Source: Candidatus Limnocylindria bacterium
GTDB taxonomy: Bacteria > Chloroflexota > Limnocylindria > QHBO01
DNA: 64,000 nucleotides
Reading direction: 5' to 3'
Assembly: GCA_036556745.1 (NCBI GenBank)
Contig: DATBIW010000090.1
Span: forward strand, 1,594 to 65,593
Shown here: positions 50,250 to 58,147 of the stretch, one piece after another
Layout: each line of letters starts with the position of its first letter
How positions within the stretch are numbered: the stretch's first letter is position 1
The notes under the pieces: generated by a model
Database searches by the model: none
What the model saw: the letters and a program-made list of their open reading frames with translations, nothing else
Told to the model about the DNA's origin: nothing
Made by a program: the position numbers and the translations under genes

Positions 50250-50923
50250 CCCGGGACCTCAGCCGTCACCTGCCGCCGAGCTGGGCCTACCGGCCCGGCG
50301 GCTTCGTGGTGAGCGTCCTCGTCAACCTCCTCGGCGGCATCCGGACCGAGGGCCTCGAGAACCTGCCGCGCACGGGGCCCGCGATCCTCGTCGCCAACCA
50401 CTACACCCTGATGGACCCGCTGGTGGCCGGCCTCGGCACGTGCTGGAAGATCGGCCGGGTGGTCCACATGGTGGCCAAGATCCAGATCAAGTCCTGGCCG
50501 CTCCTCGGCTGGCTGGGGACCCAGTGCGGGGTGATCTACGTGCGTCGCGGAACGAGCGACCTTGACGCCCAGCGCGCGCTCCAGGCCGTGCTGGCCGGCG
50601 GACGGCCGATGGTCATCTTCCCGGAGGGCACGCGCAGCCCGACCGGCGCCCTGATCCCGGCCCGCAACGGCGCCGCGCTCCTCGCCCTGCGGAGCGGGGC
50701 CCCGGTCGTCCCGCTCGGGATCACCGGCACCGAGGGGATGCTCAGCTGGCGCGCCATCTTCGGCCCGCGGCCGCGTGCCACGGTCGTCATCGGCCAGCCG
50801 TTCACGCTCGGCCACCGCCCGGACGGGCCGATCGACCGCTCCGAGCTCACCGAGGCCAGCACCCGTCTGATGCGGGAGGTGGCGGCCCTCCTGCCACCCG
50901 CGCGCCGAGGCGTCTACGGCTGA
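50246..50923 (+). CDS. plsC: 1-acyl-sn-glycerol-3-phosphate acyltransferase
   Basis: The NHYTLMD (HX4D) and FPEGTRS motifs are present. GTG 50246 overlaps the upstream TGA (GTGA). Confidence 0.85.
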   Translation: MTRDLSRHLPPSWAYRPGGFVVSVLVNLLGGIRTEGLENLPRTGPAILVANHYTLMDPLVAGLGTCWKIGRVVHMVAKIQIKSWPLLGWLGTQCGVIYVRRGTSDLDAQRALQAVLAGGRPMVIFPEGTRSPTGALIPARNGAALLALRSGAPVVPLGITGTEGMLSWRAIFGPRPRATVVIGQPFTLGHRPDGPIDRSELTEASTRLMREVAALLPPARRGVYG

Positions 50924-50939
50924 TCCGGGCGCTCGATCC

Positions 50940-50945
50940 TAGAAT
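50940..50945 (+). promoter_or_regulatory. Candidate -10 box TAGAAT, 9 nt upstream of ispH ATG 50955
   Basis: It is a TAnnnT hexamer in the 31-nt spacer. Confidence 0.35.
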
Positions 50946-50954
50946 GGACCCGAG

Positions 50955-51848
50955 ATGAGCAGCGTCGAGGCCGCCGCCGGCGGCCGTCCCGAGGTCCGCA
51001 TCGCCGAGCGGGCGGGCTTCTGCTACGGCGTTCGCCTGGCCATCGACAAGGCCCGCCAGGCGTCCGAGGCCGGGGAGGAGGTCACCACCCTCGGCCAGCT
51101 CGTCCACAACCCGGGGATCAAGGCCGACCTCGAGGCGCGCGGGATCCAGACCGCCGAGCTCGCCGACCAGGTCGAGGGCGGGACGCTGGTCGTCCGCGCC
51201 CATGGCGTGGCCCGCGAGGAGATGGAGACGCTCCGGGCCAAGGGCGAGCTCCAGCTCATCGACGCCACCTGCACCTGGGTGCTCCAGAGCCAGAAGGCTG
51301 CCCGCGAGCTCGACGAGGCCGGCTACACGGTCTGCATCATCGGCCACGAGAACCACCCCGAGGTCCGCGGGGTCCGGTCGTATGCCGGTGAGAAGCACGT
51401 CGTCGTCGACGACATGGACCGATCGACCTGGGAGCGGGTGCCCCGCACGAAGAAGATCGGCGTCCTCAGCCAGTCGACGATCCTCCCGTCCAAGCTCGAG
51501 GAGTTCGCCGCGTTCTGCCTCAGGCGGTGCCACGACCTGCGGGTCGTGAACACGGTGTGCCCGGTGACCCTCACCCGCCAGGACGACTCGGTGAAGCTCG
51601 CCGGCGAGGTGGACGCCATGATCGTGGTCGGCGGCAAGAACAGCAGCAACACCCGCGAGCTGGCCGTGAAATGCGCCCAGGTCCTGCCCGACACGATCCA
51701 TGTGGCCGATGCCGACGAGCTCGAGGCCGACTTCGCCGGGTGGCTGGCCGGCAAGGCCCGGATCGGGGTCACCGGCGGGACCTCGACCCCGGAAGCCGAC
51801 CTCGAGGAGGTCCGCGACCGGATCTTTGCGCTCGCCGACGCCGCGTAG
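50955..51848 (+). CDS. ispH: 4-hydroxy-3-methylbut-2-enyl diphosphate reductase
   Basis: The three cluster cysteines are in GFCYGV, ATCTWV and NTVCPVT. HNP and SSNT are also present. Confidence 0.95.
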   Translation: MSSVEAAAGGRPEVRIAERAGFCYGVRLAIDKARQASEAGEEVTTLGQLVHNPGIKADLEARGIQTAELADQVEGGTLVVRAHGVAREEMETLRAKGELQLIDATCTWVLQSQKAARELDEAGYTVCIIGHENHPEVRGVRSYAGEKHVVVDDMDRSTWERVPRTKKIGVLSQSTILPSKLEEFAAFCLRRCHDLRVVNTVCPVTLTRQDDSVKLAGEVDAMIVVGGKNSSNTRELAVKCAQVLPDTIHVADADELEADFAGWLAGKARIGVTGGTSTPEADLEEVRDRIFALADAA

Positions 51849-51851
51849 ACT
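51846..51851 (+). promoter_or_regulatory. Candidate -10 box TAGACT overlapping the ispH stop, 6 nt upstream of GTG 51858
   Basis: It is a TAnnnT hexamer at leaderless spacing. Confidence 0.3.
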
Positions 51852-51857
51852 CACCGG

Positions 51858-54800
51858 GTGGTGACCTGCCGGACCTGCGGCCGCGAGGTGGCCGAGGGTT
51901 TCGCGTTCTGCCCCTGGTGCGGCGCGCCGATCGAGGGCGATCGGCCGACCGGTGACGAACGCAAGCTGGTCACCCTGCTGTTCGCCGATGTCGTCGGCTC
52001 GACCGAGCTGGCCGATGCGCTCGACGCGGAGGTCGTCCGGGAGCTGATGGGCGAGTTCTTCGGCCTTGCGCGGTCGGAGATCGAGGCGCGCGGGGGGACG
52101 GTCGAGAAGTTCATCGGTGACGCGGTCATGGCCGTGTTCGGCGTGCCGGTGGCCCACGAGGACGACCCGGCTCGGGCTCTGCACTCGGCGCTGGCCATCC
52201 GGTCCGGTCTTGAAGCGATGAACGCGCGGCGCCGGGCCGCCGGAGGCCGGGAGCTCCGGGTCCGGATCGGGGTGAACACCGGCGAGGTGGTCGCGACGAT
52301 CACGCCCCGGCCGGGCGAGGGGATGGTCACCGGCGACGCGGTGAATGTCGCCGCCCGCCTCCAGCAACTGGCCGAGCCGGGGCAGATCGTGGTCGGCGAG
52401 CGGACCGCCGCCGCGGCGCCGACCTTCGACACGCGGCCGCTGGGCGCCCACGAGCTGAAGGGCAAGAGCGGTGACATCGAGGTGCGCGAGCTCATCGGCG
52501 AGGTGGCCGGCGCCGACGAACGGGGCGTCCCGGGCCTCCGCTCGCCGCTCGTCGGCCGGGACCGGGAGCTCGAGCTCCTCACCTCTGTCTACGACCGGGT
52601 CGCGAGCGAGCAGCGGCCGTACCTCGTGACCCTGTACGGCGAGCCGGGAGTCGGCAAGAGCCGGCTCACCGTCGAGTTCCTGGCGACCCTGAAGTCGTGG
52701 GATCCGGCTCCGACCGTCCTCCGCGGCCGCTGCCTGTCCTACGGGTCCGGCGTGACCTTCTGGCCACTGGCCGAGATCCTGAAGTCGCTGGCCGGCGCCC
52801 TGGACAGCGACTCGCCGGCCGAGGTCGTCGCCAAGGTCGAGGCGCTCGGCGAGCGCGTCATCTCGAGCGAGGTTACGCAGGACCCGAGACGGACGACCGC
52901 CCTGCTGGGATACACGGTGGGCATCACGCTGCCGGGGTTCGAATTCGGGCGCCTCGATCCGGACCAGCTGCGCGCCGAGATCCACGGGGCGTGGCGCGCC
53001 CTGGTCTCCGCGCTCGCCGCGGAGCAGCCGCTCCTCGTGATCGTGGAGGATATCCACTGGGCCGACGGCGCTCTCCTCGACCTCCTCGAGGACCTCGGGG
53101 AGCGGGTCCAGGGTGGCGCCCTGTTCCTGTGCCCCGCCCGGCCCGAGCTCACCGACCGCCGTCCCGGGTGGGGTGGGGGACGGCGGAGCTTCTCGAGCGT
53201 CGTCCTCGACCCGCTGCCCGCCGAGGCGACGAGCGAGCTCGTCGATCACTTGCTGACGGTCGAGGAGCTCTCGGTCGCCCTGCACGACCGGATCGTCGAG
53301 CGCGCCGGCGGCAACCCGTTCTTCGTCGAGGAGATCCTTCGCCACCTCATCGACGGCGGACACCTCGTCCGCACCGCGACCGGCTGGCGCGCCGACCCGG
53401 GCCTGGCCGAGGTGAACATCCCCGACACGGTGCAGGCCGTCCTCGCCGCCCGGATCGACCTCCTCGCGGCGACCGAGAAGCGCGCGCTCCAGGCCGCGGC
53501 CGTGGTCGGGCGCATCTTCTGGCCGGCACCCGTCGCCCGGTTCCTGAACGGCTCAGCCGCAACGCTCGACGACGCGCTCCGCGGGCTGGAGAGCCGGGAC
53601 TTGGTCCTCTCGCGGCTCTCGTCGTCGATGGCTGGGCAGGCGGAGTTCATCTTCAAGCACGCTCTGGTCCGGGACGTGGCCTACGAGAGCATCCCGCGCC
53701 GCGAGCGCGCCGACGCGCACCTGCTGGTCGCTGGCTGGATCGAGGAGGTTATCGGAGATCGGCGGCACGAGGTCATCGAGCTCCTCGCCCATCACTACAC
53801 CGAGGCGCAGCGCGCCATGGCCTGGGCCAATGCATCAGTCGACCGACAGGACGAGGTCCGCTCACGGGCGGTGGCCCTCCTGTACGAGGCCGCCCGGGAG
53901 GCGTCGCGGCACCTGTCGGTCGACCGAGCCCGCGAGCGAGCCGAGATCGGCCTGGAGCTGGCGAACGGACCGCTCGAACGCGCCCTTGGCCTCGAGATCC
54001 TCGTCCAGCTCGATCTGTGGACGGACAACGGCGATGCCGCGTGGAGGAACGCCAGGGAGGCGGTCGACCTCCGCGTGGCGGCTGGGGCCGGCTCCGACGC
54101 CGAGCGGCTGGCGATCGCGTCCGGCTGCGCCGAGGCGCTCGCCATCCCGACCCGCTGGCCGGGTCTCATGCGGCACCTGCCGACCCGCGACGAAGCGGCG
54201 CCCTACCTGGCCCTCGGGATGAGCCACCTCCCGGAGGGCGACAGCGTGGAGCGTGCTCGCCTGCTCATGGCGCAGGGCGCTTGGAGCTGGGGGTTCGGGG
54301 AGGCGGTGATGGATCCGGAGGCGATCGCGCGAGACCGAGTGGCAGCCGAGGAGGCGGTGGCCATCGCCCGACGGCTCGGCGACCCGTTCCTCCTGTCCGG
54401 AGCCCTGGACACGCTCGGGGCCACTGGGTCACTGCTCGACGGCTACAAGGGCGTGCTGGCCCCGCAATGGGAACGCCTGGAGCTCGCCCCGCAGCTCGAC
54501 GACGCCGCCGAGCTGACCGACATCTATGGGGTCACGGCGTGGGGCCTCACCCATATCGGCGAGTTCCGTCGGGCTGCCGAGTACGGCCGGCGTGGCCTCG
54601 AAATTGCCGAGGACACCGGCGTCGTCAACTACGTGCCCGGCGGGTACCTCGCGCTGGCCCAGTTTCGGCTCGGCGAGTGGGCCGGCTTCTGGGAGACCTT
54701 CGCGCGACTCGATGCCAGCTTCGACCCAGGGCGTCCGCTCCGGTACCACTCGATGCGGCTCTACGGCGTCGCCGCCTACATCTGCGAGGTGACCGGGGAT

Positions 54801-55376
54801 CCCGCTGCCGCCGATCGCCACATCGAGCGCATGGATCGATCCCAAGCCGAGCTCGGTTCCGTCGGCGTGTCGGGCGCTCGGACCTGGATCGTCGGGGTCC
54901 TTGTCCGACGCGGCGACTTCAGCGGGGCCCGCAAGCGGCTGGCCGTTCCCGACCCGGTCCGAGACATCCAGAACCGCGACCTGGACTACGAGGCCCGCGC
55001 AGAGCTGATCGCTGCGGAGGGGACGTGGCCCGATGCCCCGTACCTCGTTCGCGACGCCCGTAGCTGGTCGGAGAAGACCGGGCTCCGCTTCCTGCCGGCG
55101 GTCGCCGACCGGCTCGAGGGGCAGGCGGCCCTGGCGACCGGGTTCGCCGAGCGCGCGGTGGTATCGCTGGACCGGGCACGCGCCACGCTGGGCGAGCTCG
55201 AGGCCTCCTGGGACCGGGCGCGGACCGAGCTCGTCCTGGCGCGCGCCCACCGCGACCTGGGCCATGCCGAGCCCGCGCGCGAGGCGGCGCAGGCGGCCCT
55301 CGAGACGTTCGCGGCCCTCGAGGCTCGGGCCGAGATCAGCGAGGCCCAAGCCCTGATGGGGGAGAAGGCCCGCTAG
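51858..55376 (+). CDS. Multidomain signalling protein: Zn-ribbon, class III adenylate/guanylate cyclase, STAND-type P-loop NTPase and TPR-like helical repeats
   Basis: The Zn-ribbon is CRTCGREVAEGFAFCPWCG. The cyclase has VTLLFADVVGSTELA, FIGDAVMAVFG, RIGVNTGEV and GDAVNVAARLQ. The NTPase has LYGEPGVGKSRL and LLVIVEDIHWAD. About 500 aa of helical repeats follow. No HTH is recognisable at the C-terminus. Confidence 0.8.
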   Translation: MVTCRTCGREVAEGFAFCPWCGAPIEGDRPTGDERKLVTLLFADVVGSTELADALDAEVVRELMGEFFGLARSEIEARGGTVEKFIGDAVMAVFGVPVAHEDDPARALHSALAIRSGLEAMNARRRAAGGRELRVRIGVNTGEVVATITPRPGEGMVTGDAVNVAARLQQLAEPGQIVVGERTAAAAPTFDTRPLGAHELKGKSGDIEVRELIGEVAGADERGVPGLRSPLVGRDRELELLTSVYDRVASEQRPYLVTLYGEPGVGKSRLTVEFLATLKSWDPAPTVLRGRCLSYGSGVTFWPLAEILKSLAGALDSDSPAEVVAKVEALGERVISSEVTQDPRRTTALLGYTVGITLPGFEFGRLDPDQLRAEIHGAWRALVSALAAEQPLLVIVEDIHWADGALLDLLEDLGERVQGGALFLCPARPELTDRRPGWGGGRRSFSSVVLDPLPAEATSELVDHLLTVEELSVALHDRIVERAGGNPFFVEEILRHLIDGGHLVRTATGWRADPGLAEVNIPDTVQAVLAARIDLLAATEKRALQAAAVVGRIFWPAPVARFLNGSAATLDDALRGLESRDLVLSRLSSSMAGQAEFIFKHALVRDVAYESIPRRERADAHLLVAGWIEEVIGDRRHEVIELLAHHYTEAQRAMAWANASVDRQDEVRSRAVALLYEAAREASRHLSVDRARERAEIGLELANGPLERALGLEILVQLDLWTDNGDAAWRNAREAVDLRVAAGAGSDAERLAIASGCAEALAIPTRWPGLMRHLPTRDEAAPYLALGMSHLPEGDSVERARLLMAQGAWSWGFGEAVMDPEAIARDRVAAEEAVAIARRLGDPFLLSGALDTLGATGSLLDGYKGVLAPQWERLELAPQLDDAAELTDIYGVTAWGLTHIGEFRRAAEYGRRGLEIAEDTGVVNYVPGGYLALAQFRLGEWAGFWETFARLDASFDPGRPLRYHSMRLYGVAAYICEVTGDPAAADRHIERMDRSQAELGSVGVSGARTWIVGVLVRRGDFSGARKRLAVPDPVRDIQNRDLDYEARAELIAAEGTWPDAPYLVRDARSWSEKTGLRFLPAVADRLEGQAALATGFAERAVVSLDRARATLGELEASWDRARTELVLARAHRDLGHAEPAREAAQAALETFAALEARAEISEAQALMGEKAR

Positions 55377-56617
55377 GCGAACGTCCCGAGCAGCTCGCCG
55401 AGCCCTTGCTCGAGGCGGTCATAGCCCAGGTGCTCGCGCGCGATCGCGAAATTGTGGTCGGCATCGGCCGCGCGCCGTTCCGGATCGGACAGGATGACGC
55501 GGACGTCCTCGACGGCCGCATCCGTGACCTCGCCGGCAAGCTCGACGAACCGAAAGCCGAGCGGACCGATATCGGCCTCGTACACCGGGTAGCGGTTCAC
55601 GACCACCGGCTTGCCGTAGAAGACCGCCTCGAGGAGGGCGTTGCCGAAGCCCTCGTACAGGCTCGGGTAGCTGATCAGGTCGGCGGCCAGGTAGGCATCG
55701 GTCAGGGAGTGGGCGGGGCCCAGCGGCCGGCCCTCGTGGTCGGGGGCGAACCGATCGGCCGCATAGCGGAGGTTGACCTTGGCCCGCTCGGCCATCCGCT
55801 CGAGGCCGACCAGGTAGTCGAGCCCCTCGTCCCCGGCAGGCGAGGTGATGAGCAGGACCGCGTGCGCGTCGCCGAGCCGGCCGACGAGCTCGATGGCCAG
55901 CTCGATGCCCTTCCGCGGGACGACCCGGGTGGGCTGCACGACCAGGGCGCCGAGCCGGCCCATGCCGAGCTCGGAGCGGAGCTCGCGGCGGACGTCGGTG
56001 CGGGGCTTCGGCCGCGGGGCGCCGAAGTCGAAGACGTTCGGGATGACGACCGAGGGGATGCCGCGGCGTTCCCGGAGCGAGGCCGCGGCCAGCGAGTTGA
56101 TGCTGACGTGGCGGATCATGGGCAGCGCCGGCGGGAACGCCTCCTCGAGGACCTCCGGCACGACGCAGTCCCGGAACCGGTCCCGCTCCCACCAGTAGTC
56201 GTGGTGATGGCCGATGGTCGGCACGCCGGTCTCGTCGACGAGGGAGCGGAGCGCCACCGCCAGGGGGAGCTGCATCGGGATCGCCCAGGCGTTCTCGACG
56301 ATGAGCGCGTCGAGCCGCTCGGTCTCGACCCAGGCCGCCAGGACGGGGAGCAGCTGGGCCGCCAGGCGGGCGATCTCGGTGCGGACGGCGGCGGGGTCGC
56401 TCTCCGGGTCGAAGGCGGCCGCGGTGACCCGGGCGGCCGGCGGGTGGGTGAAGTGCATGGCCGGCACGAGACGGGCGCTGTAGCGGAGGGCGTCGACCTC
56501 ACCCGCGCACAGGCGGACCTCGTGGCCCATCCGCTCGAGGACCGCCTCCCACTTGGCAGTCTCGAAGGTCACGCCGTCCACGCCCGCCAGGCGGGTGGCC
56601 ACGATTCCGATGCGCAC
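55373..56617 (-). CDS. GT-B fold glycosyltransferase (GT4-like)
   Basis: The C-terminal half has RVVPRKGIELAIE...SLYEGFGNALLEA...GKPVVV (the E-x7-E region of GT4). The N-terminal half has RIGIVATRLAGVDGVTFETAKW and HHHDYWWERDRF. The start was trimmed to GTG 56617. The stop overlaps the cyclase-gene stop in a shared CTAG. Confidence 0.7.
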   Translation of the reverse strand: MRIGIVATRLAGVDGVTFETAKWEAVLERMGHEVRLCAGEVDALRYSARLVPAMHFTHPPAARVTAAAFDPESDPAAVRTEIARLAAQLLPVLAAWVETERLDALIVENAWAIPMQLPLAVALRSLVDETGVPTIGHHHDYWWERDRFRDCVVPEVLEEAFPPALPMIRHVSINSLAAASLRERRGIPSVVIPNVFDFGAPRPKPRTDVRRELRSELGMGRLGALVVQPTRVVPRKGIELAIELVGRLGDAHAVLLITSPAGDEGLDYLVGLERMAERAKVNLRYAADRFAPDHEGRPLGPAHSLTDAYLAADLISYPSLYEGFGNALLEAVFYGKPVVVNRYPVYEADIGPLGFRFVELAGEVTDAAVEDVRVILSDPERRAADADHNFAIAREHLGYDRLEQGLGELLGTFA

Positions 56618-56625
56618 CGGGACCG

Positions 56626-56631
56626 ATCCTA
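56626..56631 (-). promoter_or_regulatory. Candidate -10 box TAGGAT (minus strand), 8 nt upstream of the GT4 GTG at 56617
   Basis: It lies in the 55-nt divergent spacer shared with der. Confidence 0.3.
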
Positions 56632-56659
56632 GCCGAGCCGGCTGTCGGCGACCGGCCGA

Positions 56660-56665
56660 TACACT
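56660..56665 (+). promoter_or_regulatory. Candidate -10 box TACACT, 7 nt upstream of der ATG 56673
   Basis: It is a TAnnnT hexamer at leaderless spacing. Confidence 0.35.
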
Positions 56666-56672
56666 GGCCGGC

Positions 56673-58124
56673 ATGGCACCGCCTCCCGCCACCCTGCCCG
56701 TCGTCGCGATCGTCGGCCGCCCGAACGTCGGAAAGTCGACGCTGTTCAACCGGATGGTCGGCGAGCGGGCGGCGATCGTCGAGGACACGGCGGGCACGAC
56801 CCGCGACCGGGTGTACGGCGAGGCCGAGTGGAACGGCCGCCGCTTCCTGATGGTCGACACCGGGGGCCTCGAGCTCGAGCCGGGGACCAGCATCGAGGAG
56901 CGCGTCCAGGACCAGGCGCGGGTGGCGATCGAGGAGGCCGACGTCGTCCTGTTCGTGGTCGACGCCGCGGCCGGGCTGGCCCCCCTCGATCACGAGGTGG
57001 CGGACCGGCTTCGGCGGGCGCATCGGCCGACGATCCTGGTGGTCAACAAGGCCGACAACCCGCGCCGCGAGGCGGAGGGGGCCGAGTTCTACGCCCTCGG
57101 GTTCGAGCCGGCGATCACGATCAGCGCCCAGCACGGCCGGAACACCGGCGACCTGGCCGACCTGATCGTCGAGCTCCTGCCGCCGGCCCCCGAGCCGGCC
57201 GAGGACACAGCGGACGCGTCGGACGCATCGGACCCGGACGACCTGCCGACCGATGCCGAGCTCGACGAGCTGGCCGAGACCGAGTTCGGCCCGCCCCGGG
57301 TGGCGATCGTCGGTCGCCCGAACACCGGAAAGTCCACCCTCGTCAACCGGGTCCTCGGCGCCGAGCGGATGATCGTCAGCGACGTGCCCGGCACGACCCG
57401 CGACGCGATCGACGCGGAGGTCACCGTCGCCGGCGAGCCGCTGATCCTGGTCGACACTGCCGGCATTCGGCGGCGTGGCTCGATCAAGGGCGGGGTCGAG
57501 CGCTACAGCGTGCTGCGGAGCCTGAAGGCCATCGATCGGGCGGATGTCGCCGTGGTTCTGACCGATGCCCGGGAGGGCTTCACCGCCCAGGATGCGCACG
57601 TCGTCGGGTACGTCCTCGAGGCGGGCAAGGGCCTGGTCCTGGTCATCAACAAGTGGGACGTGGTCGAGAAGGACGAGAAGACCGCCGACGACTGGCTGCG
57701 CTCCCTGCGCCGTGACGCGCCGTACCTCGAATGGGCCGACATCGTCTTCGCCTCCGCGCTGACCGGCCAGCGGGTGGACCGCATCCTCCGCCAGGCGCGC
57801 ACGGTCGCCGAGGAGCGCTACCGGCGGGTCCCGACCGCCGACGTGAACCGGGTGGTGGCCGATGCGGCGATGGCCCACCCGCCGCCCACGGCCCGGGGGA
57901 AACGGGCGCGGATCCTGTACGCCACCCAGGCGGCGGTGGCCCCGCCGACGTTCGTCATCTTCGTCAACGACCCCGAGCTGTTCCACTTCTCGTACCGCCG
58001 GTTCATCGAGAACCGGCTGCGGGACGCGTTCGGCTTCGCCGGCACGCCGATCCGCCTCCGGTTCCGCGCCCGCAATCCCGGGGAGCGGCCGCGTTCCCGC
58101 CGGGCCCGGGCCTCGGCTCGCTAG
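56673..58124 (+). CDS. der: Ribosome-biogenesis GTPase Der (EngA)
   Basis: There are two tandem G-domains (GRPNVGKSTLFN...DTGG and GRPNTGKSTLVN...DTAG...NKWD) and a KH-like C-terminus. The start was trimmed to ATG 56673. Confidence 0.95.
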   Translation: MAPPPATLPVVAIVGRPNVGKSTLFNRMVGERAAIVEDTAGTTRDRVYGEAEWNGRRFLMVDTGGLELEPGTSIEERVQDQARVAIEEADVVLFVVDAAAGLAPLDHEVADRLRRAHRPTILVVNKADNPRREAEGAEFYALGFEPAITISAQHGRNTGDLADLIVELLPPAPEPAEDTADASDASDPDDLPTDAELDELAETEFGPPRVAIVGRPNTGKSTLVNRVLGAERMIVSDVPGTTRDAIDAEVTVAGEPLILVDTAGIRRRGSIKGGVERYSVLRSLKAIDRADVAVVLTDAREGFTAQDAHVVGYVLEAGKGLVLVINKWDVVEKDEKTADDWLRSLRRDAPYLEWADIVFASALTGQRVDRILRQARTVAEERYRRVPTADVNRVVADAAMAHPPPTARGKRARILYATQAAVAPPTFVIFVNDPELFHFSYRRFIENRLRDAFGFAGTPIRLRFRARNPGERPRSRRARASAR

Positions 58125-58134
58125 ACCCGGCGGG

Positions 58135-58140
58135 TATCCT
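58135..58140 (+). promoter_or_regulatory. Candidate -10 box TATCCT, 7 nt upstream of gpsA GTG 58148
   Basis: It is a weaker TAnnnT hexamer in the 23-nt spacer. Confidence 0.25.
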
Positions 58141-58147
58141 CGGCCGC

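Noticed and set aside
52697-55063. 788-aa alternative-frame + strand ORF inside the cyclase-STAND gene. Similar same-strand shadow ORFs include 3007-4347, 13150-14358, 22136-23953 and 39938-41146.
   Set aside because: These translations are Arg/Pro/Gly-rich, typical of the +1/+2 frames of GC-rich genes. The overlapping primary frames carry the real domain signatures.
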